Translations under genes and position numbers: made by a program
Origin: the human T2T-CHM13v2.0 reference genome, Homo sapiens
NCBI RefSeq assembly: GCF_009914755.1
Contig: NC_060935.1
Length of the DNA stretch: 64,000 nt
Strand: one strand, 5' to 3'
Notes under the pieces: generated by a model
The model's input: only the letters and a program-made list of their open reading frames with translations
What the model was told of the DNA's origin: nothing
The model's database searches: none
Part shown: positions 1-12,640 of the stretch, one piece after another
How the letters are laid out: every line of letters starts with the position of its first letter
Numbering within the stretch: position 1 is the stretch's first letter

Positions 1-459
1 TCAGCACCCGGCCAGCAGGAGGCAATTAACAAAGTCATTATGCAGGAGTCACCAATATCAGTACAGGTGAGTTTCTGCTGTCACGATGCACACTTCCCTT
101 CCAAAACTGGAATGCACAAACCCACTTGCATCTGTGCATCAGCAGCTCCAGGGAGTGACTAGACACGGTTATAACCACAAGGAACTGTTGATTCAAGTGG
201 CATTTTTGGTTTCAAAAGGCAGTGGGAACCAACCCAACCACGCAGCTACCCACTTTTCTGTTTTATATTAGTGCTCAGTTTTTTTTTTTAAATGACTATT
301 TCTATGAAATCAGTCACTGAGGTTCTTTGACTTATGGTCCTCTAATGGGGTGAAAAACTAAAAAGATAAAATAATAACAGAAATGACAGGCTTTCATTCC
401 CTAGGTTATCTTCCTGGTTTTGCTACAAAGCCACCACATTTAAAAGTTCCAAACCAAGA

Positions 460-790
460 AACTATATACACAAGATGTACACGGCAGGATAACAGAAAAA
501 AAATTGGAAGCAAACTCGATGTCTAAAAATAGGAGAACGACTTAGCTAACTTATGGTACAGGTACAGGATGGAATATAAGGCAATCATTACAAAAAATAA
601 CTAAGATAAACAGCGATGCAGGAAAATGCTTAAAACACAATGTCAGGAAAAGAAAAGGCAGGGCACCAAATTGCATGTGTTTCCTGACTGCATCTCTGCA
701 AAACCATGTATGCATATGAAAAACAATTTGTAAAGAAATACATAAAAATGACCTCAGGATTTGAATTACAGCAGACGATTATTTCCTAGT
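460..790 (+). mobile_element. Old L1M 3' fragment
   Basis: caagatgtacacggcag...aattggaagcaaactcgatgtc...ttatggtaca...gatggaatata. Confidence 0.55.
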
Positions 791-1429
791 TTCCAAACTC
801 ATTTTAGTGCATCAGCATTAAAAAGGAAGCCTCCAACTTAGTGTCACAAGCAATAGGTAGAAGAGAAAGATGATACAGCATGGGGGAGGGGTCCTGACTT
901 TGAGCTTTTGCCTTGTGTCCGACCCCAGACATGAGGAATTACATATGCTCTCTCACTCAATCTTTACATGAATCTTGAGAAACTCGTTTGACAAATGAAG
1001 AAACTGGAGGCTCAGAAAGGCTCCTCAGCTGGCCCAAAGACACACAGATAGGAAGTACTAAGGCCAAATTTGAACCCCGATCTAAAAACAGATCTGAATG
1101 GTTCCAAAGCCCAGGTTCCCCTCCTGGCACATCACACTGGTGATGAGTTACAATGCCTGAAAACTACATTACAATTTAAAAAAAAATTTTAAGACAAAGA
1201 TTTCGCTGACAGCATAGCTAGATTTGCTCTTTTGAGATAGTTTGTTAAGAGGCTTTTTTCTCAGGGACAAAGCATGGGCCCCCATCCTTTCATATCCTGA
1301 CTGCCTGACCAGCAACTGATCCCCACAAACAAAAACCATGTAGATGCCAGTAAGCAACTTGCCACAGGCACAGTCAGTCTGTGTTTGGGTCTTTCTATAA
1401 AAGCACTCAGAGCTTGTTGAGTTACTGGT

Positions 1430-1600
1430 TTTGTGACTTTGGGCAAAGTACTTAGCCTGTCTGAATCTCAGTTTCTTCACCTGTAAAATGAAGCTGATAA
1501 TATCCACCTCAAAGGATTGAATGAGATAATGTAATTTGCTTAGAACTATGCCTGGTACATACCAGGAGCTCAGTAAATGGCAGTTGTATCATCACTGTCA
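1430..1600 (+). mobile_element. MIR
   Basis: gtgactttgggcaaagtacttagcctgtctgaatctcagtttcttcacctgtaaaatg core. Confidence 0.75.
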
Positions 1601-4600
1601 TTTTGCTATGCTGATTTCCCTAATTCCTATATCTACTGAAAACTTTAAGCCAGCTCTGTGATACTGCCTTTTTCTTCTTTCTATATGTTCCCTATTAGTT
1701 CCCTTCCATGCCAGTTGCCAATTTCTTTAAATTGAGGGCCCTCACCTGCTCCCATTAGCTGACAGACTTTGGTAATGGGAACTAGAGATATTTGCCCAAT
1801 AGATGAAACATCTTTTAAAAGCATGATTGCTATAAAACTGCCTGTCAGGATCCCACTGATGACTACGTGGGGGTAATTTTTAATCAAGTAAATATACTTC
1901 TTTTCCTCCTGTCTCTGGAAAAACTTGGCTGCAATAATCAGGGCTACTGTCTCTCACTCCCAAATTAAGTGTTTTCTGGAGAATGGATTCTGGCACAGTT
2001 AATCATTTCTCTGTGCCATGCAAAGTTATAGGGAAGGAGGCCTTTCAGCAAGGATTCATGGGTGCTGCTCAATGTTTCTTTAAATCATGGCGGAGTTGGT
2101 CCCGAGCCAGAGGATCAGGTGCAGTCAGCCACAGAGGCAGGGAACAGGTGAGCCCACCACCAATACAGAGGAGGAATGTCACCTTAACTGGAGGGCACTG
2201 AAAACTGGTGACAAGGCAAGTTGTAGGGGAACTGGAACTGAAACCTAATTTGTACAGAATAAACTGCTATTATTGCAGTAATAGAATAAGAAAGCTGTGT
2301 TTTCTGGGCACCTTTCCCCGGGTGGGCTCTACTAAGACCTCTTCCGTATATAACTAATTTAGGAGTTGGCCACCCCCCACCAACCTTTGGACTCACCTCA
2401 GCCCAGTTATCTGACCTCTCCCTGCCAGACCTCCCACATTGTGCTGGTTCCCAAGTCAAGAAAATGGCTGTGAAGAGCAGTGGCTGTGAGCACAGCCTCT
2501 GGAGCCAGAGAGACCTGTGTTCCTTCTCTGGTTCTGATGTGACCAGTTACATGACAACTTTACTCTTTTGAGCCTCTGTTTCCCCATCTATAAGACGGTG
2601 ATAATAATACCTAGCTTTGAGAGTTGTGGAGATTAAAAGAAGTGACGTGTTTTATGAGCTCCTCATGGAGCTTGGTATTTACTGACATGAACTACCAGAT
2701 GGGAGCTCTCTTTGTTGGCATCATCTTCATTGTGTATCAAGGTTTTCACTGAAAAATGAAGTGAGGACATATCAGGACCTGGGGAGTGAGAAGCCTGAGT
2801 TTTGTATTAGGGGACATTGCTATGACTGACATCTCAGCTCCCAGGTACCTACCAACCCACTCACCGCACAGATGAAGAAACTCAGGCTTGATTAGCGCCT
2901 TTGTGTCAGGGCCTGGGACTGAGCTAAGCCCAGTTCTTCAGACTTCTAGTTCAAAGCTCTTCCCACGAAGTGACCCTGTTATTACATTAATCACAATAGA
3001 AAATCATGTCCAGAGCAGGACAGCCATCCTCATTGCTTGTTCTTCCATCAGGCGCTGCTTCCCAGGTGAAGGGAACCATCTCCTTGGGTCTAAGGTAAGG
3101 GGAATGAACCCACAGCACGGGCCATGTCAGGCCATCAAGCAGCCCTCCCTTTAGGGCAGGGATTATTCCAGTCATCTCTGCCCCCCCAGAACCTGGTCCA
3201 AAGGGGTGAAGAAGAAAGCAAGGAAAGGAAGTAGACAGAGTGAGGATTATTATTAAAGAAACAACAGCTCCTACTTATTAAAATTTTACCTTGTGCATGA
3301 TATAATACTGGAGGATTCACATTTATTATGTCATTCAAACTCACAACTCTTTAAGTTAGATAGTATTAGTAACTCCATTTTATAGATTAGGTGCCTCAAA
3401 ACAGAGATAAGTAGTACATATTACTACTTTAATTTTCTATCTCTAGAAAACCGAGGATCCAGAATTGTCTACAATTGTACCGTTCAACATAGCAGTGCCA
3501 AGATCCAAAAGCAGATTCCAGTGATGCCAGATATGAAGTTCTTGTCACACTGTCATCAAGGAAGCACAGGACAGGCTTCCATTTCATCCTGATCAGGACA
3601 AAAATGCAGCTTTTGTCAAATCACTATCAACAGGGCAAGCATTCTAGGAAGCGGCTCCACACAGAAGGGGTGCTTAAACCTAGTACAATGCCTACCATCT
3701 GCCCTTCATAGTCAGGCCTCACTAGTGATGCAGTGATCACTGAACCCAAAGGATCTCCTGCCTGTTCAAACTGCTCTGCTGGTGTGAGGAGTCAGCATTG
3801 CCCTTTGGGTGGTACAACACGCCACTGCCAGGTCTGGGATGCTGCCTGTTATTTCCCAAGTGTGCCATCATCACATTCCTTTCTTTGTGGCCCTTGAGTC
3901 CATGATGACACCATTCCCAGTGCTATCTGAAGTGTCTATATAAAGGTGTTCCAACTTGCAAAGGACCAGCCTCTCACCTGAGATGCATCATCCCCTCCCT
4001 CACCTGTGTTAACGATCAAATGAGGCAGGAAAGAGAAATGTGTGTTTAGTTGGTGCTTGGGAGCTCACACAAGGAGAAGGTGCTTGTTGCTATGCTCCAT
4101 TTCCATAGCTACAAGAAAATGTACTGCTACTTGGCTGTATAGAGCAACCCTCCAGTCTTCTGATTTTCTTTGGTGTGCCAGCCATGCAACTGATTTTTTT
4201 CATGATCAAAGTCAATTAGGAGGTGGTCCCCACTGTACCTCAAATGGAGTTTTAATTTGTGTATGTATTATTAGGAGAGGCCTTTTCCCTTTGGATCATT
4301 CACTTCAGCAAGAGGAATGAGGGCAGACAGCTTAACGTGGAGCCTGCCACCCAGATTTGTAACTTGGGATAATATTTCTTTATAATGAGAAACATTTCAA
4401 AATAGCACTTTAAAATCACACAGAACAGAGTGTTTGATGTCCCTCCTTTACACCCTACAGCTTCCCAGTCTCCAGTCCCATGGGTATTTTCCAGCCCTTG
4501 GGGACCATATCATATTTTCCTGCCCCCCTGCCTTTATCTGTGCACGGAGCAAGGCACTCATATGTGAGTTACCTCTGCTTCTTGTTTGATTACACACAGA

Positions 4601-4679
4601 CCCTTGGTTTGGTTTAGTCTTTAACTAAAACTAGGAAGTTTAAGGCAGTAAGGAATTCCAGGGACCATGATGATGATAA

Positions 4680-4940
4680 TGTTAACAGCCATAGTCATTA
4701 CTTGGAAGCTATACTGTACCAAGCACTGTGCTGAGTGTTTTAGAAACAGTATCATTTAATCCTCACAAAGCCCAATGGGGTAAGTATTGTTATTACTCTC
4801 ATTTGTAAGATGAGGAAACTGAGGCTTAAAGAGGTCTATCAACTTGTCCCACGTTACCTTCTAATTAGAGGTAGAGACCAAATTCAGATCTGAGTTAAGT
4901 CCAGATGGAACCTGCCCCTAACCACTATACCACACTGCTT
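4680..4940 (-). mobile_element. MIR
   Basis: tcatttaatcctcacaa...gatgaggaaactgaggcttaaagagg. Confidence 0.75.
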
Positions 4941-6596
4941 TTCTGATTAGGTATCAAGCTGTGAAAATGTCAAAAATGGAAAACAAAAAACAAAGAAACC
5001 AACATTGCCAATCTCATTGTTATATGGACCTGCCTTTTTACTCAAATTTCGTTGGCAATATTTTTCTGAAAATAGACACTTGACATGGTATCTCTTCAGA
5101 ACAGAAAGGATGTTAAAAGAGCATTTTAAATGTGTGTTGAACACAATATTCAATGGTCTACGCTACTTCTGCCTGCTCAGGAGTCTCACTTTGTGTGGAT
5201 TTCTCTGTCTCTTGAGCCTGCCTGCCCATCTAGCCTCCATGCCTTTGCTGATACGATGCCCTCTGCTTGAACGGTCACCACCTTCTCTATTAAGAAAAAA
5301 TTCCCCCATCCTTCAAGACATACTTCAAATATTGCCTCTTCTGTGAGGATTTCCACCATCACTCCCAGCCAAAAGTAGCCACTGCCCTCAGCCCTGGGCC
5401 CTTATCATTATTTCTGCCCCTCTCCCATAAACACTGCCCTCATGGTATGCATACCTGTGCTTCCTGTCCCTTGCTGATTTCTCTACCAGGCTTAGTACCC
5501 AGTGGAACAGATCTGTAGAGAGACAGTAAGGCTCCCAGCTCTGGCCCTTACCAGCTGTGCATCAACAGGGAAGTCACTTAACCAACCTGACTCTTAGTTT
5601 TTTCATCTGTGGAAATGGAAATAATAGAAAACCATCTCCCAGGCTCTTGTAAGAATTAAATTTAATGAGGATTCTTTAGAATTTAGAATTTAGAGATTAT
5701 AAAGTATATTGAAAATATAAGGCATTATTATAATATTGCTTAATAGTTAATGAATGAAAGAACACCCAAATGTCCTAATGTAATACAGTCTGTGTTTAAT
5801 ACACAGACTGTTACAAAGATTTATATGTGAAACCACCCACACAGTTTCAGACCTCAACAATTAGGTGTATGCATAGTGCTATTTAATAGACTTACTGCAC
5901 TACAGAAAAGTCAGAAGACATAAACAAGGTAGAAAAGAAGAATTTTCAGCTTCTAGGTAAAGAAAAGTGCTAATTATCCTAAAATTTTCATTTAAAGCTT
6001 TGTTACCCTCCTACTCCATCTCCTCTCAAATACCCTTTTTGCAAAGAGAGTTGGAATCAAGTGTGTGCTTATATACACAGTGCCACACACAGGCTGAGAC
6101 ACACACAGGGGTCTGAGGAATATACTCCATTCTACAGATGATCTGAGTGGTAAAATTTGAGACAATGTGATGAAATGGAGGCCACACTACAATTAATGAT
6201 ACTGGCATTTTTTCTTTCCCACTGGAGGCTGTGAACAAAATCTAACTCTAGGCTCAAGGGCATGATCAATCTAGCTGCCTGCCACATGCCAGCAGGAAGG
6301 GCTTTCTCCAAAGTGACATGTTACGCCAGTGACAATCTACTCATGCTGGAGGAAGCCTGGAGAACAGCAGAATCAGATACTACAAGGTGCTGTTGCTCAA
6401 TAAGCAATAGGTTTTGAGGTCTCCTGACATTCATAACCTGGCCTCCTGTTGGCTCCAGTCCTGAAGCACTTTGGGTGCAAACCGCCGCCCCAGTCAGTGC
6501 ACATGTGCATGGCAGTGCTGGCACAGTACACGGGGCAGGACAGACGGATGGATGTTCATTTTTCCTTCATAAGAAGATAAGTTAGTTTCTTTCATT

Positions 6597-6865
6597 TTTT
6601 TTTCTTTTGAGACAGAGTCTCACTCTGTTGCCCAGGCTCACTGCAATCTCTGCCTCCTAGGCTCCAGTGATTCTCTTGCTTCAGCCTCTCGAGTAGTTGA
6701 GATTACATGCGTGCACCACCATGCCCAGCTGATTTTTGTATTTTTAGTAGAGACAGGGTTCCAACATGTTGGCCAGGCTATTCTCAAACTCCTGGCCTTG
6801 AGTGATCTGCCCGCCTTGGCCTCCCAAAACGCTAGGATTACAGGTGTAAGCCACTGTGCCCAGCC
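6597..6865 (-). mobile_element. Alu (AluS-like) with a ~25-bp internal deletion
   Basis: Reverse Alu sequence. TSD tagtttctttcatt at 6583-6596 and 6866-6879. Confidence 0.92.
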
Positions 6866-9058
6866 TAGTTTCTTTCATTAGCAAGGAGCTACTTGCATCC
6901 TCTCAGTAGTTCAGAAGGGTGAAAACCTTCCCTAAATGCCCCCCAGCATATGGGAAGGGTAGAGGCCAATGAGGAGAGGATGGGCTCTGGGTGTGAGTCC
7001 TGTCTCTTTCTCTCACTAGAGATCTGGCTTTGGACATATCATTTAACCTTCGTGGCCTCAGTTTCTCATCTATGGAAATGGAAATAAAAACAGCATGGTG
7101 CCCCTGTTTGCACTTAACAAATACTTACTGGATAAGTAAGACTGTTGAAGAATATTAAATGAGGAAATACATGTAACACTCAGAATAGCACCTGCCTGGC
7201 ACAAGGCAAACTCTAGATTTGTGTGTGCTGCCATATTTGTGTGTGCTGTTACATCAGCTTAGGCTTTGCTGGGAGTGGCTGGGAGCAGGGGCAAAGGCAA
7301 GCTGCAGACAGAAGGGCAATGTGGCCCTTGTTTGTTCTGAGCCTCAGGTATGGGGACAGGGACATGAGAGGAGGGCTTTTAGAGGCAGCACGGTCTGCAT
7401 AGGGTTTATAGTTGGAAAACTGGATTTCTAGGTCCAGCGCTACTACTTACCAGCCATTCCAGCCGAACAAGTTATTTGACTGCAGCAGGCCTCAGTTTCC
7501 ACATCTGGGGCTTGCAGGGCAAGGAAATGCAGTTAATAATTATAGAGAGTGCATTGACTGCTGGAGAGAAAAATTAAAAGGCCTTACATAAAGGCATGGT
7601 ATTTATTCTGTATTTGCCTAGTGGAGCCTCTCTTCTAAGGGGAAAGGCAGCCAGTGTCTACCAGCACTTGTGATTTCTGTAGTTTTATACTGAAAGTCTT
7701 CAGTAAAACAGAATGAAAGTACAGATTGAGGCCCATAGATAGGTAAAATGCACAAATGGACACTTTAATGTGGACTCTTCTGATACAGATGCAGAAATAT
7801 CCAACATTCCTGTCTACTATCCTCTACCTTTGTTTAGGCTGTTCGGTCTTCCAGAAAGCCATTCCGATCTTCTCTTTCAATATCTTACTTGATTTACAAG
7901 CTCAATGCCTTGTAATTTTTTCCTGATCCTCCCAGTTAGAATGAATTGCTGTCTCCTTTGGAATCCCACAGGGATAGGTTCAAACTCCAGTAATATACCT
8001 TTATCATCTGCATAGAATTGCCATCAGCTCCTTACACATCTGGCTGTCCAAGAAAGTATGGATGGCTCAGAGGCAGTGACGCTAGCTTATCTGGCTTTGT
8101 CTGCTCCTCACAGCCTGGGACACAGTCCAAAAGACAGGCTCAGTGAATGCTCCCCACCAGTTTAAACCTGAATTTGGGGAAGCTCCTTCTGCTTAATCAC
8201 CTGAAATCCCTGCATCCAGGGATGGCTCTTGGCTGCTAAACCTGAAAGGGTTTAAAATCTCCTGGTGATTCAGCTGCTGGAAAGCTGCGTTTACTCCACA
8301 CCTACTATGGGTCATCCACTGGACTGGGCCCTTTGCAGATGTTCTCTTGCTTAATGCTCAAAACACCACTTAGATACTAATTGACATTTTACCAATGAGG
8401 AAACCAACATACAGAGAGGTTTGAAAACGTGTCTGAGCTGGGTTTGGAATGCAGGTCTTACTCGGCCCAGTCTGTGCTTTTGCTCTGAGATCATATTGCT
8501 GTCTTTAGAAGGATGAAGCTGTTTAGTTCTGGTTTTGTTGTTTTACTGATAGGAAGAAGCACTGAGTGGAAGGAGAAATACTGTGGTTTTTTCAGCCCTC
8601 TCTCTTCCTCTCACTGCTCCCTTCTTCCTTCCACCCTGCTCTTCCTCCCTGCCATGAAAAGAGGCTGAGCTCTGCTCCCGCCTTGTCCCCTAAGCCTAGC
8701 AGACTTAAGTGTAGCCCCTTCCTAACTTCTCCTCCAGTTAGGTATTTACTCAGTGCAAGAATAGCCATCAGGGGGGCTGTTTTCTCTTTCTCTCTGCACT
8801 TAAGTGCAATTAAATTATGTTATTTCACAGTAATTAGTCTGGAATACAAACGAGACGGGGAAAATTCCTTTCCAAGAAGGCTAAAAATCTATAAAATCAA
8901 CTCCTTTTCCATACTCCCTGGGCAATGTTGTAAAAGGAGCACCCAGAGATGCAGTTGGGGGTCCTTCCTGACCAACCATGGCTGTGCTGCCTCCCCTGGG
9001 GGCTTTAAATTGCCCCCAGGGCCTCCAACCCCTAGGAGAGTGTGTTGTTTCTGCAGCT

Positions 9059-9136
9059 GCTGCTGTTATTATTAAAAATGAATATATGAGTAAATGTGGG
9101 TCCCTTCTTTTTGACACATTTCCAAACTCAGAAACT
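9059..9136 (+). repeat. Copy 1 of a 78-bp dispersed direct duplication (copy 2 at 12563-12640)
   Basis: 75/78 identity by manual alignment. Confidence 0.93.
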
Positions 9137-10139
9137 GCTTGGCCCTCAAATTCAACACATCTTGTTTGCCAGGGGGAAGGGGCAGGCAGATTTCATTTAT
9201 GAGTGGCTCTTACTATTAAGAACTAGGTGCCTGAGAATCATTTCATCTCCACAGCAGCCTCTTATCTACATTCATGGGTCAGGAAACTGAGGTCTGGGAA
9301 GAGTACACTTCTTGCTTGAGTCATAAGTAGTTAGGAGCAGATGAGCAGTTAGGGCAAAGCCAGCCTGTGCCCCGTGCCGGCTATGTTTCAGCAGCCGCCT
9401 CTGGCTTTGTCTCCTCTGGTTTTCCCTCCACATAGTTTCGAGCAGCCATTTTTCACTCACTGATATACACTTTCCACCTTTGATCTCTGTGAGAACTTGG
9501 AACCTCTATTCTTTCCTTTTTCTTTCTCCCCTCTCCATGCCTTGCAACATCTGTTGGGTTCTGATCTTGTCATCCTGCCCTCCTTTCTTTCCTTGAACAA
9601 ACTTTTGCTGGACACATGCAACATCACGCCAGACCCGGCACAAGAAGCTGTGGCTATGATACTAAGTATGACGGAAATTTTTTCGGCCCTCATGGAGCTC
9701 ATAATCTAATGCTGGGGACAGATATTAAACGATCCACGTCACAGTCATTTAGCAGCAATTGTGAGGAGCACCACAAGCACCATAAAGGCATAGAACTGGG
9801 TTCCTGGCTCAGCAGGAGAGGCTCACAGATGCTTCCCTGAAGTAGCGACACTTGAGCTAAGCTCTTGAGAAAGAACTGATTGGTAGAAGTGGGGTAGGAG
9901 GTGATGGGCAGCTCTCTTCAGGAATCCTTCAGCCTTTTTTGGTCTCAGAGCCACTTGTGACCCTGCGCCCACCTCCCACCAATTAAACTGGCAGACCCAA
10001 GATCAGAGAGAAAGTTTTCTTCTGGCAGGACTGTGGGGAAATTGGATACCTGGATGGGAGCCCTGAAGTTCAGTCCTACCCTTCTGAAGAGGATCTAGCA
10101 GTGAGTAACAGAGCTGTTCACGCCTTGTGACCCAGGAAT

Positions 10140-10348
10140 CCTGCTCTGGGGAATACACCCTTTCTAAAATAATCCAGATATGAAATAAGAAAACAGAGCA
10201 GAGGCACAAAGATGTTTACAGAAGTGCTACTTATAATGCCAAAGAACTGGAAACAGCTGGAATACAATGATACAGTAATAGCACAAATATAATGGCTTTT
10301 ACACTTGGCAAGAATGAGAATTGTGTCAGTACTTGAAAATGTTTGCAT
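10140..10348 (+). mobile_element. Old L1M fragment that hosts the SVA
   Basis: cacaaagatgtttacagaagtgctacttataatgccaaagaactggaaac; similar to 460-790. Confidence 0.5.
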
Positions 10349-10364
10349 GAAAAAATGTCCTGTG

Positions 10365-11938
10365 CACCATCCCATCTGGGATGTGAGGAGCGTCTCTGCC
10401 TGGCTGCCCCATCTAGGAAGTGAGGAGTGCCTCTGCCCGGCTGCCCCAAATGGGAAGTGAGGTGTGCCTCTGCCTGGCCACCCCATCTGGGAAGTGAGGA
10501 GCACCTCTGCCCGGCCACCCCGTCTGGGATGTGAGGAGCGCCTCTGCCCAGCCGCCACCCCGTCTAGGAAGTGAGAAGCGCCTCTGCCCGGTCGCCCCGT
10601 CTGGGAGGTGAGGAGCGCCTCTGCCTGGCAGCCGCCCTGTCTGGGATGTGAGGAGCACCTTTGCCCAGCCGCCACCCGATCTGGGATGTGAGGAGCACCT
10701 CTGCCCGGCCGCCCCGTCTGAGAGGTGAGGAGCGCCTCTGCCTGGCAGCCGCCCTGTCTGGGAGGTGGGGAGCGCCTCTGCCCGGCCGCCCCGTCTGGGA
10801 GGTGGGGAGCGCCTCTGCCCGGCCGCCCCGACTGGGAGGTGGGGAGCGCCTCTGCCCGGCCGCCCCGTCTGGGAGGTGGGGAGCGCCTCTGCCCGGCCGC
10901 CCCGTCTGGGAGGTGGGGAGCGCCTCTGCCCGGCCGCCCCGTCTGGGAGGTGGGGAGCGCCTCTGCCCGGCCGCCCCGTCTGGGAGGTGGGGAGCGCCTC
11001 TGCCCGGCCGCCCCGTCTGGGAGGTGGGGAGCGCCTCTGCCCGGCCGCCCCGTCTGGGAGGTGGGGAGCGCCTCTGCCCGGTCGCCCCGTCTGGGATGTG
11101 GGGAGCGCCTCTGCCCGGCCGCCCCGTCTGAGAGGTGGGGAGCGCCTCTGCCTGGCAGCCGCCCTGTCTGGGAGGTGGGGAGCGCCTCTGCCCGGCCGCC
11201 CCGACTGGGAGGTGGGGAGCGCCTCTGCCCGGCCGCCCCGTCTGGGAGGTGGGGAGCGCCTCTGCCCGGCCGCCCTGTCTGAGAGGTGAGGAGCGCCTCT
11301 GCCTGGCAGCCGCCCTGTCTGGGATGTGAGGAGCGCCTCTGCCCGGCCGCCCCGTCTGAGAGGTGAGGAGCGCCTCTGCCTGGCAGCCGCCCTGTCTGGG
11401 AGGTGGGGAGTGCCTCTGCCCGGCCGCCCCGTCTGGGAGGTGGGGAGTGCCTCTGCCCGGCCGCCACACCGTCTGGGAGGTGAGGAGCGCCTCTACCTGG
11501 CAGCCCCGTCTGGGAACTGAGGAGCGCCTCTGCACGGCCGCCACCCTGTCTGCGAAGTGGGGAGCACCTCCACCCGGCCGCCCTGTCTGGGATGTGGGGA
11601 GTGCCTCTGCCCGGCCGCCCCGTCTGGGAGGTGGGGAGTGCCTCTGCCCGGCCGCCACACCGTCTGGGAGGTGAGGAGCGCCTCTACCTGGCAGCCCCAT
11701 CTGGGAACTGAGGAGCGCCTCTGCACGGCCGCCACCCTGTCTGCGAAGTGGGGAGCGCCTCCACCCGGCCGCCCTGTCTGGGATGTGAGGAGCGCCTCTG
11801 CCCGGACACCACCCCATCTGGGAGGTGAGGAGCACCTCTGCCTGGCTGCCCCGTCTGGGAACTGAGGAGCACCTCTGCCTGGCTGCCCCGTCTGGGAAGT
11901 GAGGAGCACCTCTGCCCAGCTGCCCCATCTGGGAGGTG
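10365..11938 (+). repeat. SVA VNTR, core unit gggaggtggggagcgcctctgcccggccgccccgtct (37 bp) with 40-bp variants
   Basis: Tandem periodicity is directly visible. It produces all the repetitive ORFs at 10118-12013. Confidence 0.95.
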
Positions 11939-12455
11939 TACCCAACAGCTCCGAAGAGACAGCGACCATCGAGAATGGGCCATGATGACGATGGCGGTTT
12001 TGTCGAAAAGCAAAGGGGGAAATGCAGGGAAAAGAAAGAGAGATCAGATTGTTACTGTGTCTGTGTAGAAAGAAGTTGGCATAGGAGACTCCATTTTGTT
12101 CTGTACTAAGAAAAATTCTTCTACCTTGGGATGCTGTTAATCTATAACCTTACCCCCAACCCCGTGCTCTCTGAAACATGTGCTGTGTCAACTCAGGGTT
12201 AAATGGATTAAGGGCGGTGCAAGATTTGCTTTGTTAAACAGATGCTTGAAGGCAGCATGCTCCTTAAGAGTCATCACCACTTCCTAATCTCAAGTACCCA
12301 GGGACACAAACACTGCGGAAGGCCGCAGGGACCTCTGCCTAGGAAAATCAGAGACCTTTGTTCACATGTTTATCTGCTGACCTTCTCTCCACTATTATCC
12401 TATGACCCTGCCACATCCCCCTCTCTGAGAAACACCCAAGAATGATCAATAAATA

Positions 12456-12489
<34 letters not shown>

Positions 12490-12491
12490 AA
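10365..12491 (+). mobile_element. SVA retrotransposon, 5'-truncated (VNTR + SINE-R + poly(A)), old SVA_A/B-like, antisense to TENM4
   Basis: 37-40 bp GC-rich VNTR at 10365-~11938, SINE-R at ~11939-12457, AATAAA near 12448 and an A-tail. The 16-bp TSD is gaaaaaatgtcctgtg (10349-10364) / gaaaaaatggcctgtg (12492-12507). No CCCTCT hexamer or Alu-like domain. Confidence 0.95.
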
Positions 12492-12562
12492 GAAAAAATG
12501 GCCTGTGAAAAAGGCAGAAGGACATAAAGCTGTTTATCCACACTGACTATGCTGAGGCTGTG

Positions 12563-12640
12563 GCTGCTGTTGTTATTAAAAATGAATATATGAGTAAATG
12601 TGGGTCCTTTCTTTTTGACACATTCCCAAACTCAGAAACT
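12563..12640 (+). repeat. Copy 2 of the 78-bp dispersed direct duplication
   Basis: 75/78 identity to 9059-9136. Confidence 0.93.

Noticed and set aside
8763-8780. CTCF-like gccatcaggggggctg
   Set aside because: The spacing deviates from the core consensus, so it cannot be supported without ChIP data.
10760-11400. Regular 37-bp repeats resembling a CRISPR array
   Set aside because: The units are contiguous with no unique spacers, there are no cas genes, and the context is a primate SVA.
10118-12013. Long ORFs (449 aa, 454 aa and others) on both strands
   Set aside because: They are translations of the stop-poor, GC-rich SVA VNTR, giving periodic peptides in several frames.
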